DNA from: an uncultured Acidobacteriota bacterium
Lineage (GTDB): Bacteria; Actinomycetota; Acidimicrobiia; Spongiisociales; ZC4RG35
Reading direction: 5' to 3'
Assembly: GCA_963734115.1 (NCBI GenBank)
Contig: CAVTFV010000006.1
Coordinates: forward strand, 227,122 to 291,121
Length of the DNA stretch: 64,000 nt
Position numbers and translations under genes: made by a program. Below, piece after piece: positions 38,013 to 47,949 of this stretch. Under the pieces are notes generated by a model that made no database searches, had not been told where the DNA came from, and saw only the letters and a list, made by a program, of their open reading frames with translations. Numbering within the stretch: position 1 is the stretch's first letter; every line of letters begins with the position of its first letter.

Positions 38013-40004
38013 GTGCCCGAGGGAACACCGGAGTACCCGGTCAGAGTCGACCGCCGTGTGTTCGTCCCGATGGATGACGGTGTCACGATCGCCCTCACCG
38101 TCTATCAGCCCGATAGCGACAACGATGGCCCCTACCCGACCATCGTCGAGTCCCTGCCCTATCGCAAGGACGACGCCTTCTACTCCAGCGACTGGGCCAC
38201 CTACGCATACATGGCCGGGAGAGGCTTCGCCGGCGTGCGCATCGACATCAGGGGAACCGGCGCCTCCACCGGGATCATCGAGGACGAGTACGTGCCTAGG
38301 GAGCAGGAGGACACGCTGCAGGTCTTCCGCTGGCTCGCCGAACAGGAGTGGTGCAGCGGGAATCTCGGCATGTGGGGCGTGTCGTGGGGGGGATTCAGCT
38401 CACTTCAGACCGCCATGCTCCGCCCGCCCCAGCTAAAGGCCATCGCCCCCGTCCACGCCACCCACGACCGATTCGCTTGCGACGTCCACTACACGGGCGG
38501 ATCACTGCATGCGCAGGAACAGGTGGATTGGCCACCGTCGATGGTGATTTGCAACGCGCTGCCCCCCGACCCGGACATCGTCGGCGATGGTTGGTACGGG
38601 CAATGGATGGACCGGTTGGAAAGCACGCCGCAGTGGCCCGGGATCTGGCTTCGTCATCAGCGTCGCGACGAGTACTGGCTTCACGGCTCGCCCTGTGCCG
38701 ATTACGGAGCTATCCAATGCCCCACCCTTCTCATCGGTGGTTGGGTCGACGGATACATCGACGGGATGCTGGCCATGGCGGAGCATCTGACTTGCCCCAC
38801 CCGGACCGTAATCGGGCCCTGGGGCCACTATCGGCCTTCCACAGGTTGCCCGGGACCGGGCCTCGACCATCTCGATCTCCTCGCCAGGTGGTTCGGCCAT
38901 CACCTCAGGGGTGACGAGAACGGTGTGATGGACATGCCTGAGGTCACCGCCTACATCCGCACCGGCACGCCGTATGACGGTCCGACCCGTCCGCCTTTCA
39001 ACGACCCGCCGACACCCGGATACTGGCGAGCCGAGCCGGCGTGGCCTCCAGCCGACCGCATCAGGCTCGATCTCTCCTTGGACAGTCTTCGCCACGACGC
39101 CACGACCTGGTCGGGACCGCAATGGGTCGGCGTCCACGCCCCGGCTTGGGACCGAGCGGGAAAGGGCAGTGCCGATTCGACCGAGGACGATGCCCACTCG
39201 GTCACCTTCGAGACGGACCCCTTCGATGGGCCGCTAGAGATCCTGGGGGCCCCTGAGATCGAGCTGGCGGTGGCGAGCGACAAGACTGTCGGCGTCGTTG
39301 CCGCCAGGCTCCTCGCCATCTCGCCGGCCGGGGACGGTCACCTGATCACCAGGGGCAACCGCAACCTGGCATTCCCAGATGACCTGTCGACACCCGTGCC
39401 GATCGTGCCCGGGACATCGTTCATGGTCCGCTTCCCGCTGTTGACCACCTCGGCGGTCGTGCCCGCAGGCTGGCGTTTGCGACTTGCCCTATCTGGCGCG
39501 GACTTCCCGGTCGTTTGGCCGCCCGGAGAGGGGTTCACCCTGACCTTCGACCCAAGCCGATCCGCGCTGCGTCTGCCCACCGTCCCGGCGCGCGACGAGG
39601 AAGCCAGGATCCTCGTGCCCGCCCCGATACCTCTTCCCCAGCCTCCCGGTCTCGAGGAGGACGACAGGGGGCACGCTCAGGTCGAGCGGGAGGGCTCCAC
39701 CACCTCCTACAAGCGGCATCGTTACTCCCGGGAGTTTCAACCACAGCGGGCCGATCTGACCTACAGCTCGGACGAGAACTGGTTCGTGAGTGTGGACGAC
39801 GACGATCCGGCTTCGACCCGGGTCCGGTCCGACGCGGAGTCGACCATGGAGCGCCCAGGTTGGAAGGTCACCACTCGGGGCAGTTTGGAGCTGTCGGCTG
39901 ACGCCGATGCATTCCACCTCAGGGTCGAGCTGACCGCCCTCCACGACGACCAAGTCGTGTTCACCCGGACCTGGGACGACAGGGTGCCGAGGGAGTGGGC
40001 CTGA
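38013..40004 (+). CDS. CocE/NonD-family alpha/beta hydrolase (X-Pro dipeptidyl-peptidase S15-like, 663 aa)
   Basis: Nucleophile elbow GVSWGG. Conserved CocE/NonD N-terminal region (VPMDDGVTIALTVYQP...TIVESLPYRKDD) and C-terminal beta-sandwich. Confidence 0.85.
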   Translation: MPEGTPEYPVRVDRRVFVPMDDGVTIALTVYQPDSDNDGPYPTIVESLPYRKDDAFYSSDWATYAYMAGRGFAGVRIDIRGTGASTGIIEDEYVPREQEDTLQVFRWLAEQEWCSGNLGMWGVSWGGFSSLQTAMLRPPQLKAIAPVHATHDRFACDVHYTGGSLHAQEQVDWPPSMVICNALPPDPDIVGDGWYGQWMDRLESTPQWPGIWLRHQRRDEYWLHGSPCADYGAIQCPTLLIGGWVDGYIDGMLAMAEHLTCPTRTVIGPWGHYRPSTGCPGPGLDHLDLLARWFGHHLRGDENGVMDMPEVTAYIRTGTPYDGPTRPPFNDPPTPGYWRAEPAWPPADRIRLDLSLDSLRHDATTWSGPQWVGVHAPAWDRAGKGSADSTEDDAHSVTFETDPFDGPLEILGAPEIELAVASDKTVGVVAARLLAISPAGDGHLITRGNRNLAFPDDLSTPVPIVPGTSFMVRFPLLTTSAVVPAGWRLRLALSGADFPVVWPPGEGFTLTFDPSRSALRLPTVPARDEEARILVPAPIPLPQPPGLEEDDRGHAQVEREGSTTSYKRHRYSREFQPQRADLTYSSDENWFVSVDDDDPASTRVRSDAESTMERPGWKVTTRGSLELSADADAFHLRVELTALHDDQVVFTRTWDDRVPREWA

Positions 40005-40016
40005 ACCGCCGTTCAA
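40001..40016. promoter_or_regulatory. Operator-motif CTGAAC-CGCC-GTTCAA, 14 bp upstream of the Rieske oxygenase 2 start
   Basis: Identical to the 36743 site except for the last base. Confidence 0.4.
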
Positions 40017-40029
40017 CTACCCTCGTTCC

Positions 40030-41130
40030 ATGGAGCCGACACTTCATCGGGACCGGTATGTCGAAGCCGATTGGTACGCCAAAGAGGTGTCGAGAGTCTT
40101 CGAGCGACAGTGGTTTTGCGTCGGTCGCGAGGAGGAAATCCCCGAACCGGGCGACCATTTGGTCTGCGACGTCGTCGGCGAATCGATCATCGTCACCAGG
40201 ACACGAGACGATGACCTGGCGGCGTATGTCAATCTCTGCCGTCATCGCGGCTCGCAGCTGACCGACGCTGTCGGCAAGCCGTCGCAATCGGAATTAGGCC
40301 CGACCGGCACGTTCAAAGGCTCGATTCAATGCCCGTACCACGCCTGGACCTATGCCTTCGATGGCCGGCTGCGGGCCGCACCGTTCCTCGACGAGGAAGA
40401 CGGTCTCCACAAAGACGACCTGCCGCTGCACCATGTCGGGGTTGAGACCTGGGCCGGGTTCGTCTGGGTCCACCTCTACCCGGAGACGGCCGGGCCTATA
40501 ACCGGCCAGTTCCAGGAGTCAGAGGCGTATCTGGCGAACTATCCGTTGGCCGACCTGCGGACCGCAGTCCGAATCGTCTACCCGGTAGCGGCCAACTGGA
40601 AGGCTCTGGTGGAGAACTACAACGAGTGCTACCACTGCGGCCCGGTTCACCCCGAATTGGTGGAGCTGGTGCCTGCCTTCAGACAGCGCGGCGGCTCCGA
40701 GCTGGATTGGGATAGTGGCATCCCCCATCGGGACGGCGCGTGGACCTTCACCGCGAGCGGGACGACCAATCGTCTGCCGTTCCCCGGACTCACCACCGAG
40801 GAACAAGAGCGGCACAAGGGCCAGCTCGTCTACCCGAACCTCATGCTCAGTCTCTCCGCGGATCACGTCGCCGCCTTCACTCTGTGGCCCCACGGCCCCG
40901 CGTTCACCACAGTGGTATGCGATTTCCTATTCCATCCTGACGAGATCGGGAAGCCTGAATTCGATCCCTCGGACGCCGTCGAGTTCTGGGATATGGTCAA
41001 CCGCCAGGACTGGAAGATCTGCGAGTCGGTGCAGAGAGGGATGTCGTCTCGCCGGTTCACCACCGGGTTCTATGCCCCAATGGAGGACTACTCGATGGAC
41101 ATCCGGCGGTATCTCGATGGTCTGATGTGA
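40030..41130 (+). CDS. Rieske [2Fe-2S] oxygenase alpha subunit (second paralogue, 366 aa)
   Basis: CRHRGSQL...CPYHAW. ENYNECYHCGPVHPEL. Confidence 0.85.
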   Translation: MEPTLHRDRYVEADWYAKEVSRVFERQWFCVGREEEIPEPGDHLVCDVVGESIIVTRTRDDDLAAYVNLCRHRGSQLTDAVGKPSQSELGPTGTFKGSIQCPYHAWTYAFDGRLRAAPFLDEEDGLHKDDLPLHHVGVETWAGFVWVHLYPETAGPITGQFQESEAYLANYPLADLRTAVRIVYPVAANWKALVENYNECYHCGPVHPELVELVPAFRQRGGSELDWDSGIPHRDGAWTFTASGTTNRLPFPGLTTEEQERHKGQLVYPNLMLSLSADHVAAFTLWPHGPAFTTVVCDFLFHPDEIGKPEFDPSDAVEFWDMVNRQDWKICESVQRGMSSRRFTTGFYAPMEDYSMDIRRYLDGLM

Positions 41131-42290
41131 CCGACTACCGGGTTGCGGTCCTCGGGTTGGGAGGGATTGGCAGTGCCGCCGCCTACTGGGCATCCCGTCG
41201 CCTCGGCGGAGACGTCCTCGGTGTAGAGCAATTCGAGCTTGGTCACCCCCGGGGCGGGTCAGAGGATCACAGCCGGATCATCCGGCTGTCCTATCACACC
41301 CCGGCCTATGTCGAACTGGCCAAGGCGGCGTACGCGGCGTGGGAGCAGGTAGAGGTGGACTCCGGCGAGCAACTCATCCTCAGGACTGGTGGGCTGGATC
41401 TCGCACCGGCCGGAGCCTCCATTGGTCTCGACGACTATCGAGAGTCGATGACCGCTTCCTCGGTTCCCTTCGAGGAGCTCGACGCCGAAGAGGTCATGAG
41501 ACGCTGGCCTCAGTGGAGTCTGAGCGAGGACGTGACCGCGCTCTACCAAGAGCAATCCGGCATCGCCATGGCCTCGAGGGCCAATGCCACACATCGACGG
41601 CTTGCCCGGGACAACGGTGCGTTCCTGATGGAGGGGGCCGAAGTCGGTGCCATCAAGGAGGTCGACGGCGAGGTCGAGATCGAAGTCGACGGCAAGGTCC
41701 AGCGAGTCGGATCGTTGATCGTCGCCGCCGGGGCATGGACACCGATCGTCTTGGGTCGGATTGGAGTCGATGTCCCCCTCGAAGTGACCTTGGAGCAGGT
41801 CGTCTACATGGAGGCGGCCGACCCCATGTCGTTCCATCCGTCCCGATTCCCCATCTGGATCTGGATGGACGAGCCGTCGTTCTACGGCTTCCCGATATTC
41901 GGAGAACCGGCGGTCAAGATCGCCTGGGATCGATGTGAGATCGTTACCGACCCCGAGAGCCGGAGCTTCGATCCCCGCGATGACGTGACCGAGGCGGTCA
42001 GGGGGTTCGCGGCCCGGCACCTCCCCCAAGCCGTCGGCCCGGTCCGTCTGGCCAAGACCTGTCTCTACACCCTGACGCCCGACCGAGACTTCCTACTCGA
42101 CAGGGTTCCCGGCACCACGAACATCTTCACGGTCGTCGGGGCGGGCCACGCATTCAAATTCGCCTCATTGCTCGGGCGGATCCTGGTCGACCTGGCCGTC
42201 GACGGCGCCACGAGCCACGACATCTCCGCGCTCGCCGCCGACCGGCCCATCCTCCGAGAGAAGGATCCTGTGCGGTCCTACATGGTGTAG
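41127..42290 (+). CDS. FAD-dependent N-methyl amino-acid oxidase (monomeric sarcosine oxidase / N-methyltryptophan oxidase family)
   Basis: N-terminal FAD motif VAVLGLGGIGSAAAY. Conserved Cys in LAKTCLYTLTPDRDFLLD. ATGA overlap with the Rieske gene. Confidence 0.85.
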   Translation: MTDYRVAVLGLGGIGSAAAYWASRRLGGDVLGVEQFELGHPRGGSEDHSRIIRLSYHTPAYVELAKAAYAAWEQVEVDSGEQLILRTGGLDLAPAGASIGLDDYRESMTASSVPFEELDAEEVMRRWPQWSLSEDVTALYQEQSGIAMASRANATHRRLARDNGAFLMEGAEVGAIKEVDGEVEIEVDGKVQRVGSLIVAAGAWTPIVLGRIGVDVPLEVTLEQVVYMEAADPMSFHPSRFPIWIWMDEPSFYGFPIFGEPAVKIAWDRCEIVTDPESRSFDPRDDVTEAVRGFAARHLPQAVGPVRLAKTCLYTLTPDRDFLLDRVPGTTNIFTVVGAGHAFKFASLLGRILVDLAVDGATSHDISALAADRPILREKDPVRSYMV

Positions 42291-42340
42291 ACGCCCGCCG
42301 GGGTCAAGTACCCGCCTTGTGGGGCCGATTTCTTCCCGAC

Positions 42341-44145
42341 ATGGACTCTCTCTCCATGAAGAGAAGGCGCGTCCAGGAAGCGCAGCACGATACGGAGCGG
42401 CTCGCCGCCCTCAATGAGCTCTCCGCTGCGTTGTACGAATACGACTCTGCCGAGGCGGTGACGGTGGCCGACTCCGCAATCGCCCTCGCCGACGCTGTTG
42501 GAGACGGAGCTGCTCGCGCTTGGGCCCTTCACCACAAGGGCTGGGCGCTGAGCTCCATGGGTCGTCTCGACGACGCTCTCGACTCGCAACTGTCGGCCCG
42601 CGGTCAGTTCGAGCTGGAAGGGAACATGAGCGGCGTCGCCAATGCCCTGATGGCGATCGGCGACCTGTACGGGGATGTCGGGGACACCTCGACTGCACTG
42701 GAGTACCTGGATCGAGCCCGGGCACCTCTCAGGCTGGCCGACGACGAGCTCGGTGTGGGACTGCTGACGAATCTCACCGGGATCGCCCTGAGCCACGAGG
42801 CGAGGCACGAGGAAGCCCTCGATCTCTTCGAGCAGGCCGAAGCCGTGTATCTGCGGCTGGGAGATGAGCTGCGGGTGGGCACCGCGAAGATCAATCAGGG
42901 ATTCGAGCTTCTCGCCCTCGCCGCTGCAGGCAACGATGACGAACGAAAACAATCGATCGAGCGGGTCGGAGAGCTTGCGGCCGAGGTAGTTGAGAGGGGC
43001 GAGCGACTGGGAGACGACGGGCGACATACCACCGCCTACGGGAGGTCGCTGCGAGCCCACGTCCTCGCCGCCACCGGCCATGTCGACGATGCGATCGATG
43101 CGGCGGTGATCGCCGAGAACGAGGCCACATCCGGAGGACTCGACCAGCTGGCCGTCGAGCTCGCCCTGGATCGCGCCGGATGGCTATCGGCGCCGGCCGC
43201 AACGAAGAGGCGGGAATCCTCGTGGAGGAAGCAGCAGACCGCAGCAAGAGGCTGGACATGAAGCGGTTGCTGGTGAGGGCGACCGCTCTTCGGGCAGACC
43301 TGCTCGAGGCATTCGGCGACTATGCCGGGGCGCTGGCCTGTCACAGGGAGTACCACCGCCTCGACGGAGACCTGCACACTGATCAGGCGGAGCGACGGGC
43401 CAGTCTCGCCACTACGCGTTTCCAGGTCGAACGTGCTCGCCAAGAGGCCGAACTGGCGCGGGTGCGGGTATCCGAGCTGGAGGCGTTGGACCACGACAAG
43501 CGTGAGTTCCTGGCCAGCATCAGCCACGAGCTACGCACACCACTGGCGGCGGTCCTGGGATTCGCCAGCGAGCTATCCGACTCGTGGGACGTGTTCGAGC
43601 CTGAGGAGGCGCGCTCGCTGGTCCGCCTCATCGCCAGCCAGTCGGCCGATATCTCCAGCATCGTCGACGACCTGCTGACAGTGACGAGGCTCGAAGCGGG
43701 GACCATGACGTTCTACCCATCGGCGGTGGCCGTCCGAGAGCACCTGGCCGACATGGTCGAGACGTCAGGAAGGGAGTCCGGACGAAGCATCTCCTGGCGG
43801 GGCGACGCCGTCGTATGGGCCGATCCGAACCGTCTCCGGCAAATCGTCCGCAACCTCATCACCAATGCCATCCGCTACGGGGGCGAGGAGATCGCGGTAC
43901 TCGTCTCGTCCGATGCAACAGGGGCCAGCATCGAGATCAAGGACTCTGGCGGCCCGATTCCCCCGGGCCGGGTCGCGACCATGTTCGAGCCGTTCGTCCA
44001 CGCTGACAGCGGGGGCCGCACTCCCAACTCGGTGGGCCTGGGACTCGCCGTTGCGAGAAGCCTGGCCCGGATCATGGGTGGTGAGCTCGACTACCGACAC
44101 GATGGTGGATCCGTGTTCCGGCTCGCGCTGCCCGTACCGGACTGA
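42341..44145 (+). CDS. Cytoplasmic sensor histidine kinase with an N-terminal TPR-repeat region (HisKA + HATPase_c); one frameshift near 43190
   Basis: TPR-like region in ORF 42317..43261. Continues in ORF 43180..44145 with the H-box SISHELRTPL and ATPase motifs (NLITNAIRYGG; DSGGPIPP; GLGLAVARSL). Confidence 0.6.
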
Positions 44146-44151
44146 TCGCCC

Positions 44152-45116
44152 CTAGGCCGGGACTGCCCAACAGGCGGCTGCAGTGAGGGCGCCTACCGGC
44201 GTTGGCCCTGGGTCATCGGTGGGACATCGAGCCGCGATCTCCGGCGCGAGGGTCCCTGACTGGAGCAAAGGGCATCGGGGATGAAAACGGCATCCCGAAG
44301 GGATCCGGGCCGGATCTGGTATCTCCCCGATCAGGATCTGCTGCTCCATCTCCCTCGTCTCAGGTACCACCGACAGCAAAGCCCGGGTGTAGGGATGCCG
44401 GGGGTTCTCGAGGATCTGCTCGGTCGGACCCGTCTCGACAATCCGGCCCAGGTACATGACAGCGACTCGGTCGGCGATATTCCAGGCGAGACCGAGATCG
44501 TGGGTGACCACGAGGATGGCCAATCCGGTCTCGTCCACGAGACGACGCATCAAGGCCAGGATCTCGCCCCGGATGGATGCGTCGAGACTGGCCACCGGCT
44601 CGTCTGCCAGCAATAGGCGCGGCTCCATGACCATGGCCCCGGCGATGACGACACGCTGACGCTGACCCCCCGAGATCTCATGCGGATACAGGGGGAAGAA
44701 TCGCTCCGGTGGGCGAAGGCCGGCCCGCGACAGTGCCTGCGCCACCTGGTCCTGTTCGTTGCCGGCACCATGCTGGATGCGCAGTCCCTCGGCGACGACT
44801 TCGTAGATGGTCTGGCGGGGGTTCAGGGCGCCGGTGGGATCCTGGAAGACCATCTGGACGGTCGGATTGAAGATGGTCTGGACCTTCGGTCGCGCCGCCC
44901 TCCGTCCTCACTTTCGACCCTGATCTGACCGGAGGTCGGCTTCTGCAAGCCCTGGATGGCCCGGATCAGCGTCGTCTTCCCCGATCCCGACTCGCCGACC
45001 AGAGCCAGCACCTCGCCCGGCGATACATGCAGGGAGGCGCCATCGACCGCCCGAGCCGCCCCGAAGTGGACGTGCAGGTCCTCCACCTCGACCAGATTGG
45101 TCACACCAGCACGCAC
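44152..45116 (-). CDS. Peptide/opine-type ABC transporter ATP-binding protein (DppF/OppF-like); one frameshift near 44860
   Basis: Walker A GESGSGKTT in ORF 44823..45116. The remainder is in ORF 44152..44853 (signature ISGGQRQRVVIAGA; Walker B LLLADEP). Confidence 0.65.
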
Positions 45117-46063
45117 GCGGCACTCCTCTCCACGCCCGACGAACGCAACTCGGGCTCTGCCGGCAGACAGGCGTCATGGGCCAAGGGGCATCGAGGATGG
45201 AAAGGACACCCTTGGGGCAGGTTGCCGGGGGTCGGCGGGTCACCACCCAGGCCCGACGGCGCCATCCGCGAGGTGTCGTCACCGATCGTGGGAAACGCCG
45301 CGGCCAGGGCTCTCGTGTAGGGATGGGCGGCTTTCTCGAAAACGTCCCAGGCAGGGCCCTCTTCAACAATCCGACCTGCGTACATCACCGCCAGCCGCCG
45401 GCAGGCGTAGGTGAGCACCGAGAGATCGTGCGTTATGAACATCAAGGTCAGATCTCGCTCCTTTTTGAGATCGTCGAGCAAGGCCAGCACCTGGGCCTGG
45501 ACCATGAGGTCGAGTGCAGTGGTCGGCTCGTCGGCGATGAGGAGGAGCGGGTCGCAGGCCAGGGCCATGGCGATGAGCACCCGCTGTCTCTGGCCACCCG
45601 ACAGCTGATGTGGGTAGGAGTCGGCCCGGGCCGCGGGCAGGCCGACCCGCCTGAGGAGATCGACGACACGTTCGTTGGCCGCGCTCTCGTTGGCGGCGGT
45701 CTGGTGGACCAACATCGGCTCGGCGATCTGGTCGCCCACCGTCTGCACCGGGTTCAGCGCGTGAAGCGCCCCCTGGAAGATGATGGCCCCCGACGTCCAT
45801 CGCGCCGCTCTCAACCCTCCCGGAGTGAGGTGGAGGACGTCTTTCCCATCCAGGGTGATCTGCCCGGTTACTTCGGTGCCGGCTGGGAGGAGTCGGAGAA
45901 GCGCATTGGCCAGGGTCGACTTGCCGCAGCCGGATTCGCCGGCAAGACCGAGCGAATCTCCCTTCTCCACATCGAAACTCACCCCACGCACCGCCGGCAC
46001 GTCCCCACCGTGCCCGTGATATGTGACCATGAGATCTCGCACCGAGAGCATCGGCTCGCTCAT
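45101..46063 (-). CDS. Peptide-type ABC transporter ATP-binding protein (DppD/OppD-like)
   Basis: GESGCGKST. LSGGQRQRVLIAMALA. Start at the internal ATG 46063, overlapping the permease stop. Confidence 0.85.
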   Translation of the reverse strand: MSEPMLSVRDLMVTYHGHGGDVPAVRGVSFDVEKGDSLGLAGESGCGKSTLANALLRLLPAGTEVTGQITLDGKDVLHLTPGGLRAARWTSGAIIFQGALHALNPVQTVGDQIAEPMLVHQTAANESAANERVVDLLRRVGLPAARADSYPHQLSGGQRQRVLIAMALACDPLLLIADEPTTALDLMVQAQVLALLDDLKKERDLTLMFITHDLSVLTYACRRLAVMYAGRIVEEGPAWDVFEKAAHPYTRALAAAFPTIGDDTSRMAPSGLGGDPPTPGNLPQGCPFHPRCPLAHDACLPAEPELRSSGVERSAACVLV

Positions 46064-46953
46064 CGGCCCCGGCTCAGTCTCGGGTTGGCGATCTCCTCCA
46101 AGGTCCGTCCGATGAGGGTGAAGGCGAGGACCACCGCCAGGATGCCCAGACCGGCGGGGACGAAGTACCACCACGCGTTCAGCGACAGGGCGCCGTTGAC
46201 GAAAGCCTCCTCCAGGGTCTTCCCCCACGACGCGGCCGAGGGATCACCAAGTCCCAGAAACGCCAGAGTCGTCTCGGTGAGGATGGATATGGGAACCGCC
46301 AGCGTGGCGTTGGCCAGGATCAACCCCATCACGTTGGGCAGGATGTGACGGTTGACGATGTGGCTGCCGCTCGCCCCCAACGAACGGGCCCGATCTACGA
46401 AGAGCCGCTGTTTGACCGTGAGGACCTGGGCGCGAATGAGACGCGCGGTCGACGGCCATGAGGTGATCCCGATCACGAAGATGATGTTCCAGACGTTTCT
46501 CCCCAGGACCGAAGCCAGGACGATGGCGAGGGGCAGGAATGGGATGACGAGGAACCACTCGGTGAGCCTCATCAGGGCGGCATCGGGCCTGCCTCCGACG
46601 AATCCGGCGATGATTCCAACCACAGATCCGATGAGAATGGTCAACAACGTGGCTGCCAGCCCAACGAAGAGGCTGACCCGAGAGCCCCAGACGAATTGCG
46701 CCCACACCGATCGTCGGATGTAGTCGGTGCCCAGCGGGGCGAACTCACTTGGGGGCGCCCATTGCGGATTTCCTTGGGCTCGGGCGTACACCGGGCTCAA
46801 CTCCCTGGCGTCGGCCAGCAGCGGGGCGGCCAACGCCATCAAGACGAACAACAGCAGCACACCGAGGCCGATCATGCCTCCCCTCGAGCTGCGGAACTCC
46901 TTCCACACCCGGCCCGCGGTGGCACGTCGGCGCTGCATGGCGAGACTGGTCAT
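46060..46953 (-). CDS. ABC transporter permease (DppC/OppC-like)
   Basis: Six TM segments. BPD_transp_1 motif region. N-terminal OppC_N-like segment. Confidence 0.85.
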   Translation of the reverse strand: MTSLAMQRRRATAGRVWKEFRSSRGGMIGLGVLLLFVLMALAAPLLADARELSPVYARAQGNPQWAPPSEFAPLGTDYIRRSVWAQFVWGSRVSLFVGLAATLLTILIGSVVGIIAGFVGGRPDAALMRLTEWFLVIPFLPLAIVLASVLGRNVWNIIFVIGITSWPSTARLIRAQVLTVKQRLFVDRARSLGASGSHIVNRHILPNVMGLILANATLAVPISILTETTLAFLGLGDPSAASWGKTLEEAFVNGALSLNAWWYFVPAGLGILAVVLAFTLIGRTLEEIANPRLSRGR

Positions 46954-47876
46954 TGGCCCTCCACCCGCGGGTCGAGCCAGCTGTAGGTGAGGTCGGCGAT
47001 CAGGTTGAAGACGATCACCGCTGCGCTGAAGAGGAGGAAGAGCGCCTGGAGCATGGGGAGATCCGGGCCGCGGATGGCGTCGGCAGTCGCCTTGCCCAGC
47101 CCGGGCCAGGAGTACACCGCCTCCACGGCGATTGCCCCGGACAGGATGAACCCGAAGTTGATCGCTGTGAGAGTCACCACCGGCAACAAAGCGTTGGGCA
47201 CTGCATGACGATTGCGGACGACGACGTCGCGGAGGCCCTTGGCCCGTGCCACCGTGAGATAGTCCTCACCCATGACATCGAGCAGCGAGCTGCGGGTGAC
47301 CAGGGTGTACTCGCCGAGATAGGCCAGGGTCAGGGTCAGAGCGGGTAAGAACATGTGATAGGCCTGATCGGCGAGACGAGCGAGCCCGGTCTCGCCCGAT
47401 CCGGCGGTGGTGATCCCGCCCACCGGGAACCAACCCAGGAGGACGGCAAAGATGACCAGGAGGATCATGCCCAGCCAGAAATCGGGCATGGAGTAGAACA
47501 CCATCGTCCCGGAGGTGATGGAGTGGTCCTTCCACGTGTTCCTCCGCCAGGCCGCGATGATCCCGCCGATGGTGCCGATGACGGCGGACAGGATCGACGA
47601 GATCCCGATCAGGGCCAAAGTGGCCGGGATCGCGGCGACGATCTCGTTCCATACCGGCTGACGGCTCTGATAGGAGAGACCGAAGTTGAGCTGGGCCGTC
47701 TCCCTCAGGTAGAGCAGGAACTGGGTGCCAATCGGCTGGTCCAGCCCGAAAGCCACCCTCAGGTTGTCCAGCGTCTCCTGTGGCACGTTGCGGCCACGGA
47801 ACAGCGACCCGATCGGGTCGGTCTGCACCACGCGAAACAAGAAGAAGTTGACCACCAGGACGAAGACGAGCGTCAC
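46950..47876 (-). CDS. ABC transporter permease (DppB/OppB-like). The 5-prime end is probably longer, with a frameshift near 47880
   Basis: Body intact. Immediately upstream, in the -1 frame, RLIGRKVLGSL matches the canonical OppB N-terminus. Confidence 0.7.
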   Translation of the reverse strand: MTLVFVLVVNFFLFRVVQTDPIGSLFRGRNVPQETLDNLRVAFGLDQPIGTQFLLYLRETAQLNFGLSYQSRQPVWNEIVAAIPATLALIGISSILSAVIGTIGGIIAAWRRNTWKDHSITSGTMVFYSMPDFWLGMILLVIFAVLLGWFPVGGITTAGSGETGLARLADQAYHMFLPALTLTLAYLGEYTLVTRSSLLDVMGEDYLTVARAKGLRDVVVRNRHAVPNALLPVVTLTAINFGFILSGAIAVEAVYSWPGLGKATADAIRGPDLPMLQALFLLFSAAVIVFNLIADLTYSWLDPRVEGQ

Positions 47877-47949
47877 GAGGGAGCCCAGGACCTTGCGCCC
47901 GATTAGCCGTCCCCGCCCCCGTCCCGTCGTTCGATCCCTCGTCAGACGT

